The translations under genes were made by a program, and so were the position numbers. From an uncultured bacterium (GTDB taxonomy: Bacteria; Patescibacteriota; Minisyncoccia; Phycocordibacterales; GWA1-40-21): a stretch of 64,000 nucleotides of DNA. Each line of letters begins with the position of its first letter. Position 1 is the first letter of the stretch. Below the pieces are notes generated by a model that saw only the letters and a list, made by a program, of their open reading frames with translations, was not told the DNA's origin and did no database searches. Where the stretch lies: positions 504-64,503 of the forward strand of contig CAIJNK010000011.1 of NCBI GenBank assembly GCA_903822075.1, read 5' to 3'. This document shows positions 30,815-40,046 of this stretch, piece by piece.

Positions 30815-31072
30815 TTAGGAAATGTGCTTGGAGATAAAACCGGCGATTTTCATCATGTTAACTTTCTTCGTACCGCCAAAAACTTTTAACAGTTTTTCGT
30901 CAGCCACGATTTCGCGCTTATCTTTGGCGTCCTGAAGATTATTAGCTTTGATATAAACCCACAACTTGGAAACTATTTCCGAACGGGGCATTGGACCCTT
31001 GCCCACCACCGCCTCTAACTCAGGGCTCAACTTCTTTGGTTGCATAAATGCTGAAACTTTTTTCTCTGCCAT
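30815..31072 (-). CDS. SWIB/MDM2 domain protein
   Basis: 85 aa; SWIB signature (KLSPELEAVVGKGPMPRSEIVSKLWVYIKANNLQD...KLLKVFG). Confidence 0.75.
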   Translation of the reverse strand: MAEKKVSAFMQPKKLSPELEAVVGKGPMPRSEIVSKLWVYIKANNLQDAKDKREIVADEKLLKVFGGTKKVNMMKIAGFISKHIS

Positions 31073-31129
31073 ATAATTATGTGATTAGATTAATAAATTA
31101 ATAAACGACCGTTCCAGTATAGCATAAAA

Positions 31130-32614
31130 TTACTCCGTGTGTACCTTTATATCCGTCCGCTCATGTTTTAGTTTCAAGAATAGAATAGAAAAGGAACCAA
31201 TAAAGATGACGACGGCGGCCACGAGAAAGACATAATCATAAGCATCCACTTGGGCCTTCAGGATAATAAGAGAAATGTATTTTGAAATGTCCGCCGGCAC
31301 GTGACTATGCAGCCGGCTAAAATTATTCAGAGTTAAAATATTGGTATTAGTCCGGTTATTTAAAATTGTGGCAAAGATGGCAATACCAAAAGCACCAGCA
31401 ATATTTCGGACTAAAGCGAGGATAGATGAGGCCACGCCGATCTCACTCTGCGGTACAACCGAGGCAATAATATTTGTGCGGTGCGACATACCCAAACCAA
31501 GGCCAAAAGCCATAATAGTCAGAGGGATGGTGATGTCGAGAGAACCAGACTTAGGATCCAAATAGCTGAACAAAAAGATGCCGATGGAGGCCACGATCGT
31601 GCTCCAAAAGATAACATAGCGGGCTTGAATCTTGCCGGTAAATCGTCCACCAATGGCCGCGGAGGCCACCATCACAAACGCCATCGGCATAAACAAGAAT
31701 CCCGATTCCGTAGCGGTATAACCAAGAAAAGTCTGAGCAAAAACCGGGATCAAAAAAACGCCACCCATCATCCCCATAAACACCACAAAGTTGTTAAGTA
31801 GGGCGTTCACAAAAGCCGGAATCTTAAAAAACTTGAGATCAATAATCGGTTCCGGTACGCTTTTTTCAATCTTGAGAAAAATACCGGACAAGAGAATCAT
31901 AAAGAAGTAACACGTCAGGCTTTCTGCAGAAAGCCAACCCCAATCAAAGCCTTTGTCCAAAACCAAAACTAAGGCCGAGAGGGCGCCGCCCAAGGTGAGC
32001 GCACCCCACCAATCGAAGAATTTGGAAACTATTTTAGAACGCGATTCGTGGACAAAGTGAAAGGCCATATAGATACCCAAAAGTCCGATTGGCAGATTGA
32101 TTAAAAATACCGACCGCCAGCCAAAATTATCAATTAGCGGCCCGCCGATGAGCGGGCCAAAAACGGCGGCCGCCGCAAAGGAGGATGACCAGATACCGAG
32201 TGCTTGCGCCCGCTCCCTCCCTTCCTTAAAAGTAACGGCGAGAATAGCCATGGCGGTCGGATAATCTGCCGAGCCAGCAATGGCCTGGATTATTCTAAAG
32301 ATGATTAGGGAAGAAAGGTTCCAAGCCAGACCGGCTAAAACGGACCCAAAAATAAAAATCGAAAAACCGATAATATATACTTTTTTCCGGCCAATAGTGT
32401 CTCCAAGTTTTCCCCAAATAGGCACAAAGATGGCATTGGCCAAGATATAGGCAGTGGCAATCCAGCCGGCAGAAGAGACAGTGATATTGAAGTCATTAAT
32501 GATCTTGGGTAACGCCAAGTTTACAATCGTCTGATCCAGACGGCCCAAAAAAGTTCCGATGATTACCGTCAGAAGGATCCACCACCGCAAGTTTGAACTC
32601 CGATTTTCATCCAT
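31130..32614 (-). CDS. MFS transporter, DHA2 (EmrB-like) family, 14 TM
   Basis: 494 aa; MFS motif A (GKLGDTIGRKKV), 14 hydrophobic segments. Confidence 0.85.
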   Translation of the reverse strand: MDENRSSNLRWWILLTVIIGTFLGRLDQTIVNLALPKIINDFNITVSSAGWIATAYILANAIFVPIWGKLGDTIGRKKVYIIGFSIFIFGSVLAGLAWNLSSLIIFRIIQAIAGSADYPTAMAILAVTFKEGRERAQALGIWSSSFAAAAVFGPLIGGPLIDNFGWRSVFLINLPIGLLGIYMAFHFVHESRSKIVSKFFDWWGALTLGGALSALVLVLDKGFDWGWLSAESLTCYFFMILLSGIFLKIEKSVPEPIIDLKFFKIPAFVNALLNNFVVFMGMMGGVFLIPVFAQTFLGYTATESGFLFMPMAFVMVASAAIGGRFTGKIQARYVIFWSTIVASIGIFLFSYLDPKSGSLDITIPLTIMAFGLGLGMSHRTNIIASVVPQSEIGVASSILALVRNIAGAFGIAIFATILNNRTNTNILTLNNFSRLHSHVPADISKYISLIILKAQVDAYDYVFLVAAVVIFIGSFSILFLKLKHERTDIKVHTE

Positions 32615-32642
32615 ATCTTTATATTTGATTTAGCAAAATAAC

Positions 32643-33287
32643 TTACTTAGCAGTGTGGACGGTTATCTTGGCCGATAGGCCGTTTATGAGCTCCGGATAC
32701 TTGGCCACATCAAAACTGACCTTGATATTGAAATTACGGACTGGTCGTTTATCCGAGATGGAAAATACCACGCTGTTATCATTGGAGGTCGGGCTTATCT
32801 CAGACACCACGCCTTCGTAATTTTTCCCCGGAAAAGCATCGACAGTAAAAGTCGCGCGCTCTCCGATCTTTATGACATTTAAACCTTTAGTTTCGTCGAC
32901 AGCTCCCACCACTTTCATTTCTTGATTATCGATGACAGAAACCACAGTTTGTCCTGGCGCGAAATAGTTGCCAATTACCTGTGCGGCGTCGGCCACTATC
33001 CCGGCGGTCTTGGTATAAATAATTTGTGAACCCACCAAGGCCACCGGCGAATTAGCTGAAACTTTTTCGCCTTCAGTCACATAGAGGGCATTAAGAATTC
33101 CGGCAGTCGAACCGGACAGATTTATCATCGGCGCTTCCAGATACGAATTTTCCACCAGAACGGTATTCCGGCTGGCTTGCCAAAAAAGAAAGATCGCTAG
33201 TGAACCAAATATCACCACTATGGCAATGAGACTTTGCAGCCAAGGTTTTTTAAAGATACTTGTTTTATTTGTCTGTTCTATCTCCAT
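32643..33287 (-). CDS. HlyD-family efflux adaptor (short)
   Basis: 214 aa; N-terminal TM anchor then beta-barrel/lipoyl-like adaptor segments. Confidence 0.6.
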   Translation of the reverse strand: MEIEQTNKTSIFKKPWLQSLIAIVVIFGSLAIFLFWQASRNTVLVENSYLEAPMINLSGSTAGILNALYVTEGEKVSANSPVALVGSQIIYTKTAGIVADAAQVIGNYFAPGQTVVSVIDNQEMKVVGAVDETKGLNVIKIGERATFTVDAFPGKNYEGVVSEISPTSNDNSVVFSISDKRPVRNFNIKVSFDVAKYPELINGLSAKITVHTAK

Positions 33288-33292
33288 TGTAT

Positions 33293-34372
33293 TTATTGAT
33301 TAACGCTGCCAGTAAATTCCATCGCTGGTGTATTAGGGACGGCAATTTGTCCCTGACTGACGTAGACTGCAGTGACCACACCATCTCCCGGTGCGACGAT
33401 AATGGTGTTTTCATAAGTGGCGCGAGCAATCTGCAGAGCACCGGAAGCACTGTCCACTTGGGCCTGGGCCGCCGCCACATCCTCCGGTCGAGCCGTTGAA
33501 ACCAAAGCGGTCAACGAAGCGTTAGCTTGATCAAAAGAAGCCTGCGCCAAAGCGATGGCTTGATTCTTAGTCTGTAAAGCCAACTGATAAGCACTGTTAT
33601 TGGCATTATAATTTGCAGCATTTTTGTTTGGTATATCAACACTAAATTCCACGCTAGCCAAAAGCTGTTTGGTTTTATCAAAAGACAAAAATAAGCCGCA
33701 GGTCCCAAGCGGCCGCGGAACATCGGTGATAAACAGCGTCCCCGCCTCGAGACCGGAATAATTTACCGAAATACCGCCACTCGAGCTATAAGTCTTTAAA
33801 GTGTATGTACCTTCATTTTTACATCCATAAGTTCCCGAAACCGTAGGGGCATCATTGGCTCCAAAGTCACTGACACTTTGAGCCTGGAGAGAAGAGTTTA
33901 ATAAAGTTCGATAAGCATTGTCCACTAATATTCCCTGCTGTTTGGTGACTTCATCCAAATTAACTTTAGCCACATTTACGGCGGCGCGAGCCACATCAAC
34001 GGCTGTCCCGGTTGCCCCATTCACGATTTTTTGATAATTAGCGTTAGCTGTTTCGTAAGCCGCCTTGGCCTGAACCAGAAGGCCGGAAGCGTTTCCGGCA
34101 TCAAGGGAAGCCAAAACATCGCCCTTTTTGACTTTATCGCCAACTTTAACGGAAACCAGATTTATCCGCCCGGCGGAGAGAAAACCGAGAGAAATATTTT
34201 TAGTGCTGGAAGCGGTCAGGGCTTGAGTCAGCGATTCGGTATCCGTGTAAATTCCAGTTGCGGTCTTATTAATTTGCCAATAACCAGCCACACCAATAAT
34301 AATGGCGGCCGTTAAGGAAACACCGATGACTTTTTTGGGCTGATTCAGAAATGAAATAAAAATATTTTTCAT
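33293..34372 (-). CDS. HlyD-family periplasmic adaptor subunit
   Basis: 359 aa; anchor, biotin-lipoyl-like hairpin (VKVGDKVKKGDVLASLD), coiled-coil, beta-barrel. Confidence 0.7.
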   Translation of the reverse strand: MKNIFISFLNQPKKVIGVSLTAAIIIGVAGYWQINKTATGIYTDTESLTQALTASSTKNISLGFLSAGRINLVSVKVGDKVKKGDVLASLDAGNASGLLVQAKAAYETANANYQKIVNGATGTAVDVARAAVNVAKVNLDEVTKQQGILVDNAYRTLLNSSLQAQSVSDFGANDAPTVSGTYGCKNEGTYTLKTYSSSGGISVNYSGLEAGTLFITDVPRPLGTCGLFLSFDKTKQLLASVEFSVDIPNKNAANYNANNSAYQLALQTKNQAIALAQASFDQANASLTALVSTARPEDVAAAQAQVDSASGALQIARATYENTIIVAPGDGVVTAVYVSQGQIAVPNTPAMEFTGSVNQ

Positions 34373-34378
34373 ATGATG

Positions 34379-34804
34379 TTATGCGGTTATGATGATTTTA
34401 ATAATACGCTCCAGTGTTCTTCTATCCTTTTGATTCAATTTATGTACCATCTGGTTTAGGATTGACTCTTTGTTTTTTGAAATTGAAATAAAATTATTCT
34501 TCGTGGCACTGGTCAGTACGACAGAAACTATTCGTCGGTCTTTATCATTGTTAAGGCGACGAACCAGATTTTTTTTCTCCATTTCTCTGATTATTTCCGT
34601 CACGGAGGGCGGAGTAACCATGAGGTACTCGGCAATGCTTTTCATGGTTTTCTCACCAGAAACCCCGATAAAATTAAGCACTTCGATCTGAGAAAATGTT
34701 AATTCGTGCTTGATACCCTGACGTTTGATACTTTCCAGGATATTCCGTCTGAAATGAAGCAGTAAATCACCCAGATTTGTTTTTTTATCGTTATTATTCA
34801 TCAC
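34379..34804 (-). CDS. MarR-family transcriptional regulator
   Basis: 141 aa; winged HTH (LTFSQIEVLNFIG...SIAEYLMVTPPSVTEIIREMEKKNLVRR). Confidence 0.8.
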   Translation of the reverse strand: MMNNNDKKTNLGDLLLHFRRNILESIKRQGIKHELTFSQIEVLNFIGVSGEKTMKSIAEYLMVTPPSVTEIIREMEKKNLVRRLNNDKDRRIVSVVLTSATKNNFISISKNKESILNQMVHKLNQKDRRTLERIIKIIITA

Positions 34805-34869
34805 TTGTTTGTTTGCCTAATAGTTAGGTAAACTAAGTATATTCCATTACCATATTCTGTCAAGATAGT

Positions 34870-35985
34870 TTACAAAGTCCTCGCGATCAGTGCCGGAGTA
34901 GCGGTGGCGTTTTCCACCTTAAACCTTATCTCCCCCAGCATCTGACCGGAAACAGTCTCTACTCTTACTCGCCACAAGCCTGGTGCGACAACATGTTCAA
35001 AAGAATACGTGCGAAAGCCTCCTTCCCTCCCGCCGGTAATCGGCAGATCGATCTTGGCCTGATTCACCCAAGTTTTCTTTGTCTCATCGTAATACTGCCA
35101 TTGATGAATAATTTTAGTCACAAAGTTTGCCGGTGAAAAGACGGCACTAAAAACGTACACGGTGTCGCCGGCGATATTATGAAAAACGGGATAGCGGTTA
35201 AAATAATCGGTCCATAACTTTTCTTCGCCTACCGCCGTATAGTTACCATCAGCGGTTCTGGTAATTTCATGATAAACACCTGAGGCTTTAATCGCCAGCG
35301 GTATAGGAGGAATGATATTCAAAAAATACAGAGCGTTCATCAGGATAAAAATACTGGCCAGACTTATTTTTATATAATTATGGCTGTTCTTAAATTTCTC
35401 CAAGGAAAATTTTCTAAGCAGGAGAGTAAATATGAAAATAACCACCAGACTCAAGACCCCGCTCAGGACAAAAAGGTCAGCGCCAAGACGATGGAATAAA
35501 ACTGGCAGAGCAAAAATCAAAAAAAGGTATAGCGATAGAAAAAGAACGCTGATTTGAAAGGTCAACCGAGTGTAATTTTTCTTCCACAGCTCATTACCAA
35601 AAAGCAAGACAAGTAAAAGCAGAATAAAAAGCCAGCTATCGGAAAATGATGTGCTACGCAAGTAAAAAACAAAGAAGGTAGAAAATAGGCCGCCAAAGGC
35701 AAACTGGATGATTAGAGTCAGAAAAAAGTAAAATTTTTCACGTTCTACTGCCGGTAGATTTTTTTGTTCGGCTTTATTCTCGTAATAAGTCAGAGCCAAG
35801 ATGCCAAAACCAGCGACCAGTAAGTGAATAATAATCCAAAAGTTTTCCAACCACATATCCACCCGCGTCAGGGTGAGCGAAGTAAAAATAAAACCGTAAA
35901 TCAAGCCGACGGGTGAAATCCATTTCTCAAATCGCTTATAAAAATCGCCAAATTTATCCAAGATCATTTGGCTATATATTATCAT
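34870..35985 (-). CDS. polytopic membrane protein with C-terminal extracytoplasmic domain
   Basis: 371 aa; about 8 TM helices then a soluble C-terminal region. Last low-GC gene before the island. Confidence 0.4.
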   Translation of the reverse strand: MIIYSQMILDKFGDFYKRFEKWISPVGLIYGFIFTSLTLTRVDMWLENFWIIIHLLVAGFGILALTYYENKAEQKNLPAVEREKFYFFLTLIIQFAFGGLFSTFFVFYLRSTSFSDSWLFILLLLVLLFGNELWKKNYTRLTFQISVLFLSLYLFLIFALPVLFHRLGADLFVLSGVLSLVVIFIFTLLLRKFSLEKFKNSHNYIKISLASIFILMNALYFLNIIPPIPLAIKASGVYHEITRTADGNYTAVGEEKLWTDYFNRYPVFHNIAGDTVYVFSAVFSPANFVTKIIHQWQYYDETKKTWVNQAKIDLPITGGREGGFRTYSFEHVVAPGLWRVRVETVSGQMLGEIRFKVENATATPALIARTL

Positions 35986-36076
35986 AAAATTTTTAAATAA
36001 AAAAAGCGTGGAGCTCGAGGATTGTTTTCACAACCCTACAAACTCCACACTCATCAGGACCAAAGTCCCTAAGGCA

Positions 36077-37252
36077 TCAAGCGGCAGTCGTTTCGAGTGC
36101 TCCCGCTGCGTCATTAAAGACACCGATCACCCACTCGGATGATTTCAGAAGTTCACCGATGGTATCCCCGTGCCGACAGAAACGGGCATCGAATTCAACT
36201 TCGAGCGGCAGACCAGTCATGGCTGACCAGCTCACCCCGGCCCGAATCGTAGCCACCTGATCTTCCACCCACTCCGGCAGACCTTGACCCGGCAAAAAGT
36301 CATTGTCCACGTACTGCGGGAAGTCACCGATTGGCGTACCGCCCTCCACGGACAAGAGCTTGGTAAAGTTCACTCCACCAAGACCGCCGGAATTCAGATG
36401 AATCCGCCCGCCAAAAACGTTGGCGGAAATTGCCTGATTCATGGCGTCCACGAACTTCTGACCGCTACCGCGACTGTGGCAGAACTCTCCCTGCCACTGC
36501 GCAATGTGACCGCCGTAACGAGTGTTGATCTCGTTGATCCCCTTGATCTCCAAGGTAGTGTCCGTGAACACGTCAATGTAGCAGGGATCACCGGCCGGCT
36601 TACCTTCAATGAGAAGGTTTGACCCGTCAATGAAGCCAAACTTCAGGGCGTCCGCCAGAGCGCCACTCAGACCATCGATGATCGTGCGCCACTCTTCGAG
36701 CTGCGGGTTAAGATCATGCCCGAGAAGAACGTTGTCCCCACTGATGACACGACCCCAACGGATTCCATCCGGACCGGTCCAGTAGATCACGCTGCCTTCA
36801 TGTCCTTCCATCTTGACCCGTCGCGAAGCCATAAAGCTCAGGACCATCATGTCATGAGCCAACTGACGTCGTTCGGGATCCGGATTAATGAAGGCGCCAT
36901 AGTCACTCCCCGGCAGACCAAACCCAGGCGGAATAATCCGCCCAATCCGAGGGTAACTACCGGCATCAGCTCCTTCCATCCACTCGTCGAGGCTAATCGC
37001 CCGGGGATTATTCCATTTGGCGCTTTTGCCGACCTGAGTATCTTCCGTCGGCACACACAGTTCATGCCACCAATGTGCCGACACGGCAATCGTAATGCCG
37101 TACTTGGCCAGGAGCACCTCGTTCAAAGCAGCAATCGCTGCCAAGGCTTCCTTCATGGTTGTGAAGCCACCGGCCGTCGGATTCCCGAAAGCCATAATCT
37201 GCTTCAACATATGCCAACTGCCCACCAACAATTTCAATACGGGTTTATGCAT
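36077..37252 (-). CDS. sugar isomerase of the xylose-isomerase-like TIM-barrel superfamily, L-rhamnose isomerase-like
   Basis: Start moved to internal ATG with strong SD (GGAAGAGGAGAG-N5-ATG). Motifs SAHWWHE, ASRRV, VIYWTGPDG and GGRIHLNSGG resemble recalled RhaA/L-RhI signatures. About 57% GC. Confidence 0.5.
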   Translation of the reverse strand: MHKPVLKLLVGSWHMLKQIMAFGNPTAGGFTTMKEALAAIAALNEVLLAKYGITIAVSAHWWHELCVPTEDTQVGKSAKWNNPRAISLDEWMEGADAGSYPRIGRIIPPGFGLPGSDYGAFINPDPERRQLAHDMMVLSFMASRRVKMEGHEGSVIYWTGPDGIRWGRVISGDNVLLGHDLNPQLEEWRTIIDGLSGALADALKFGFIDGSNLLIEGKPAGDPCYIDVFTDTTLEIKGINEINTRYGGHIAQWQGEFCHSRGSGQKFVDAMNQAISANVFGGRIHLNSGGLGGVNFTKLLSVEGGTPIGDFPQYVDNDFLPGQGLPEWVEDQVATIRAGVSWSAMTGLPLEVEFDARFCRHGDTIGELLKSSEWVIGVFNDAAGALETTAA

Positions 37253-37351
37253 GTTTCTCTCCTCTTCCTTGTTTTTCTTTTTTCTTCTTTCCCATCCAAA
37301 CAAAACCAAATCACAGCAGAAAAATCAGTGCTTCACCTCCATATTTTATAA

Positions 37352-37408
37352 CTCCCCACCTCATGTGAAAGAGCGCTTATCTGGGGAAAAAGCTAACATT
37401 AATTTAGG
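37352..37408 (-). promoter_or_regulatory. conserved ~55-nt 5' leader element (copy 1) upstream of the rhamnose-isomerase-like gene
   Basis: TCCCCACCTCATGTGAAAGAGCGCTTATCTGGGGAAAAAGCTAACATTAATTT, near-identical to 39459..39515. Confidence 0.5.
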
Positions 37409-37441
37409 CGCTTGGCAAATTTTGATTGTAAAAATAACAAT

Positions 37442-37472
37442 AAAAAAACGGGTAGAGATTACTCTCTACCCG
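37442..37472 (-). terminator. intrinsic terminator downstream of fucI
   Basis: A-run then GGGTAGAGATTACTCTCTACCC on the plus strand, giving hairpin plus T-run on the minus strand. Confidence 0.55.
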
Positions 37473-37501
37473 CGCGTTGAGTATTACCTCATTGCTTCGT
37501 A

Positions 37502-39304
37502 TCAGCCGTACACCGGTCCCAGTTTCTCGCAGGCGCGGAAGTCATTCCCGCCGCAACGATCCCAGAACGTCGGCCGGAAGATATCCGCCTTCGGTATGTT
37601 GTGCAGATCCACCGGGATGCGCAACATAGCATTCACCGTGATGAGATCCCCCCCGATCAGACCGACGGAGTTCGCATCATGATTAGGCCCGATCTGTGTC
37701 ATATAGTCATATGACGACATGTCCCGCGGTTTCCAAAACGACTCTGGCCAAGTGCCGTCAGTAACCCGACTGATATGGTCCGCCACCTTTATGGGCAGCT
37801 CCACCGTCTCACCTTCCACCACGGAACAAGTCAGCATGTCGCCGGCCATGTTGTAGCGGTAGGCGGTCATCGGAATGTCACCCGGTGTTCGGTAATGACT
37901 GGACAAACCATCACCCGGAAAATACTCCAGGTTTGCCGCCATGTACTCTGTATGTGTTGTCGCTCGCTTCACGAGCTCATGCTGTAGATCCGTATTACTA
38001 CGAAGTACAGCCATGGACTGTTGAATTGTCAGATCCTTGAGGCCGGTAAACTCCCGCACCAGACTCAGAACGTCAATACTGTAATCGAGCGCCCCAGCTC
38101 CGGAATTACGTTTGTCAATGAGCCCTTTCGGACACACCGCACTCACGTCAACCCCAGTGGCTTTTTGGATACTCGCAACCGTCCAGTTCGTCCTGATGTC
38201 GGCAAAGAGCTGTGGCATGCCACCACTCAGCAAAGTTGCCATCATCATTCCGAGCCCGTTTTTGCAGTCATTTTCCGTGGCCACAGTGTGCGGCGCGCGG
38301 AAACCATTCCAATCAAACGAACTGCAGAGTATGGACTCGGTCAGATCGAAGTTCGGATACAAGTCCGTCCAATCGCGCTGCCCTTGAGTCCCGGCCGCAA
38401 TGGCGTTGAAGCCCTGGGCGTGTTCCACATCAGCCTTGAAACCTTGCTTCCTGCCCACTGTCGGATTAGCCAAGAGAGGATTCCCGATCATCATATCTCT
38501 GACAATCAGGGTCATCTTCAAGCAATCCCGAAGCAAAGCTTCCGTCACTTGCGGTCGAGCCTGCTGTGCCGGAATTGGCGCCCAGTTGAAACGGAATTGG
38601 TCCTTCATGAACATGCAGGCCCTCTCGAGCTCCTCGTGATCATAAAAACCGCGATCCATTCGTCCCCGGATAGCCACCATGTCCACGGATTTGGTCCCCA
38701 ACCCAAAATATTTGAGCATCGTATTTCGGTCAACGTCCGAACCAATGATACCCATGGACACCCCGCCAACGGACAAGTAATTCTTGCCCCGGATCTCGGC
38801 CACCGCCGCCGCACACCGAGCAAAACGGAGCAGCCGTCCACGCACATACGGCGTAAAGTCGTCTGCCTCGTCTTCCAGGTTTTCATTATAGATGCAGAAG
38901 ATCGGACGCTTTTTCTCGTCCATCGCCGCACAGAAGGCCTTGAGTTCCACCGCGCCCGGTCGGTCGGTCTGATTCAAGCCGTAAGCCGCAAACTGCCATT
39001 CCGAGCTGCCCAAGCCCATAATCGCGCTCATAAGTTCGTCACTATAGGCCCAAGACCGGCTCACAAAAATGACAGACGACACGCCGGCCTTTTGGAATTT
39101 GACTTGGGTTAAAGCGCCGGACCGCACACCGTACACAATCTCCGGCGCCACGACAGTCTGCACCCTTGTCCCATCGGGCAAGAACACATTGTTCGCAATG
39201 AGATTGGCCACCTTATCAGCCAACGCCCACGTTGCCACCGAGTTTGCCTCAAAGGCACCCGTCCGCCACTGGCACGATGCCAATAGTGGGAATTGTGCCA
39301 ACAA
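37502..39304 (-). CDS. fucI: L-fucose isomerase (apparent 5' frameshift)
   Basis: 600-aa ORF with strong similarity to FucI (DRPGAVELKAF, LLRFAR, SVGGVSMGIIGS, WTDLYPNFD, SSFDWNGFRAPHTVATEND, MLRIPVDLHN, FRACEKLGPVYG). The conserved N-terminal peptide (IPTIGIVPVADG, compare E. coli LPKIGIRPVIDG) is encoded in the -1 frame over the first codons. Confidence 0.8.
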   Translation of the reverse strand: MLAQFPLLASCQWRTGAFEANSVATWALADKVANLIANNVFLPDGTRVQTVVAPEIVYGVRSGALTQVKFQKAGVSSVIFVSRSWAYSDELMSAIMGLGSSEWQFAAYGLNQTDRPGAVELKAFCAAMDEKKRPIFCIYNENLEDEADDFTPYVRGRLLRFARCAAAVAEIRGKNYLSVGGVSMGIIGSDVDRNTMLKYFGLGTKSVDMVAIRGRMDRGFYDHEELERACMFMKDQFRFNWAPIPAQQARPQVTEALLRDCLKMTLIVRDMMIGNPLLANPTVGRKQGFKADVEHAQGFNAIAAGTQGQRDWTDLYPNFDLTESILCSSFDWNGFRAPHTVATENDCKNGLGMMMATLLSGGMPQLFADIRTNWTVASIQKATGVDVSAVCPKGLIDKRNSGAGALDYSIDVLSLVREFTGLKDLTIQQSMAVLRSNTDLQHELVKRATTHTEYMAANLEYFPGDGLSSHYRTPGDIPMTAYRYNMAGDMLTCSVVEGETVELPIKVADHISRVTDGTWPESFWKPRDMSSYDYMTQIGPNHDANSVGLIGGDLITVNAMLRIPVDLHNIPKADIFRPTFWDRCGGNDFRACEKLGPVYG

Positions 39305-39458
39305 GCATTCGGTTTGTCACCGTAAACGTTCTCGGAATTATTATTTCACCTGTCTCGCTCATTCTTCTGTCCTCTTTTCTTTTTTCTACCGGTTTGAGAT
39401 TACAATCAAAAGCAAAAAACGCCAACAAAATATCTTAAGTTTTCCTCCTTTGTTTTGA

Positions 39459-39515
39459 CTCCCCACCTCATGTGAAAGAGCGCTTATCTGGGGAAAAAGC
39501 TAACATTAATTTGAC
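39459..39515 (-). promoter_or_regulatory. conserved ~55-nt 5' leader element (copy 2) upstream of fucI
   Basis: CCCCACCTCATGTGAAAGAGCGCTTATCTGGGGAAAAAGCTAACATTAATTT in the same position and orientation relative to fucI as copy 1 is to its gene. Confidence 0.5.
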
Positions 39516-39568
39516 ATTATGGCAAATCTAAAAAATATTATTATATATTTTTTGTCGAAATTTTGACA

Positions 39569-39598
39569 TAAAAAAACCGGCGTCAGAGTGACTGCCGG
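39569..39598 (-). terminator. intrinsic terminator downstream of 39643..39900
   Basis: CCGGCGTCAGAGTGACTGCCGG hairpin preceded by A8 on the plus strand (T-run on the minus strand). Confidence 0.55.
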
Positions 39599-39642
39599 TC
39601 CGTTCCCTCTAAAAGAAAGAACTATATTTTCGCCTGCTGCGC

Positions 39643-39900
39643 TTATTTCTGCGGAGCGGCGCCGGTGGTTGCCGCCCGGTGCTTCCGATAGGAGCTCAGA
39701 ATGCTCCGACCGGCCGCCCTGACCGCCGATGATCCCTTACCGGTCTTGACCCAGTCCGTGAAGGCCAAGCCTTCGGACTTCACTTCTTCGAGGGTCGTGC
39801 TGATGGCCTTGCCCACTTGGCGTTTGGCCCCTGCCCACTCCCGCCCGATCTGTCCTCCACATCCTGCGCCCGCCGTTCCGGTCCCTGTTTTCGTTGCCAT
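39643..39900 (-). CDS. small basic Gly/Ala-rich hypothetical protein
   Basis: 85 aa; own promoter (TTGCAT-17-TATAGT) and terminator; no homology recognised. Confidence 0.3.
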   Translation of the reverse strand: MATKTGTGTAGAGCGGQIGREWAGAKRQVGKAISTTLEEVKSEGLAFTDWVKTGKGSSAVRAAGRSILSSYRKHRAATTGAAPQK

Positions 39901-39942
39901 GGTACCCTTTCCTTTCTCTATTGTTACTTACCGACTGAACCT

Positions 39943-39975
39943 AGACTATACCATACTTTACAATTTTATGCAAAT
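39943..39975 (-). promoter_or_regulatory. sigma70-like promoter for 39643..39900
   Basis: Minus strand TTGCAT-17 nt-TATAGT. Confidence 0.4.
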
Positions 39976-39979
39976 AAAA

Positions 39980-40010
39980 GCGCCCACTGATTCATCATCA
40001 AAATGGGCGC
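39980..40010 (-). terminator. intrinsic terminator after the ABC ATPase gene
   Basis: GCGCCCA-loop-TGGGCGC followed on the minus strand by TTTTATTT. Confidence 0.5.
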
Positions 40011-40046
40011 AGTCTCTTCGATAAAGAACTCCTCCTCAGCTCTGCA

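Noticed and set aside
38021-39112. 363-aa plus-strand ORF
   Set aside because: Antisense to fucI, whose sense frame has strong FucI homology.
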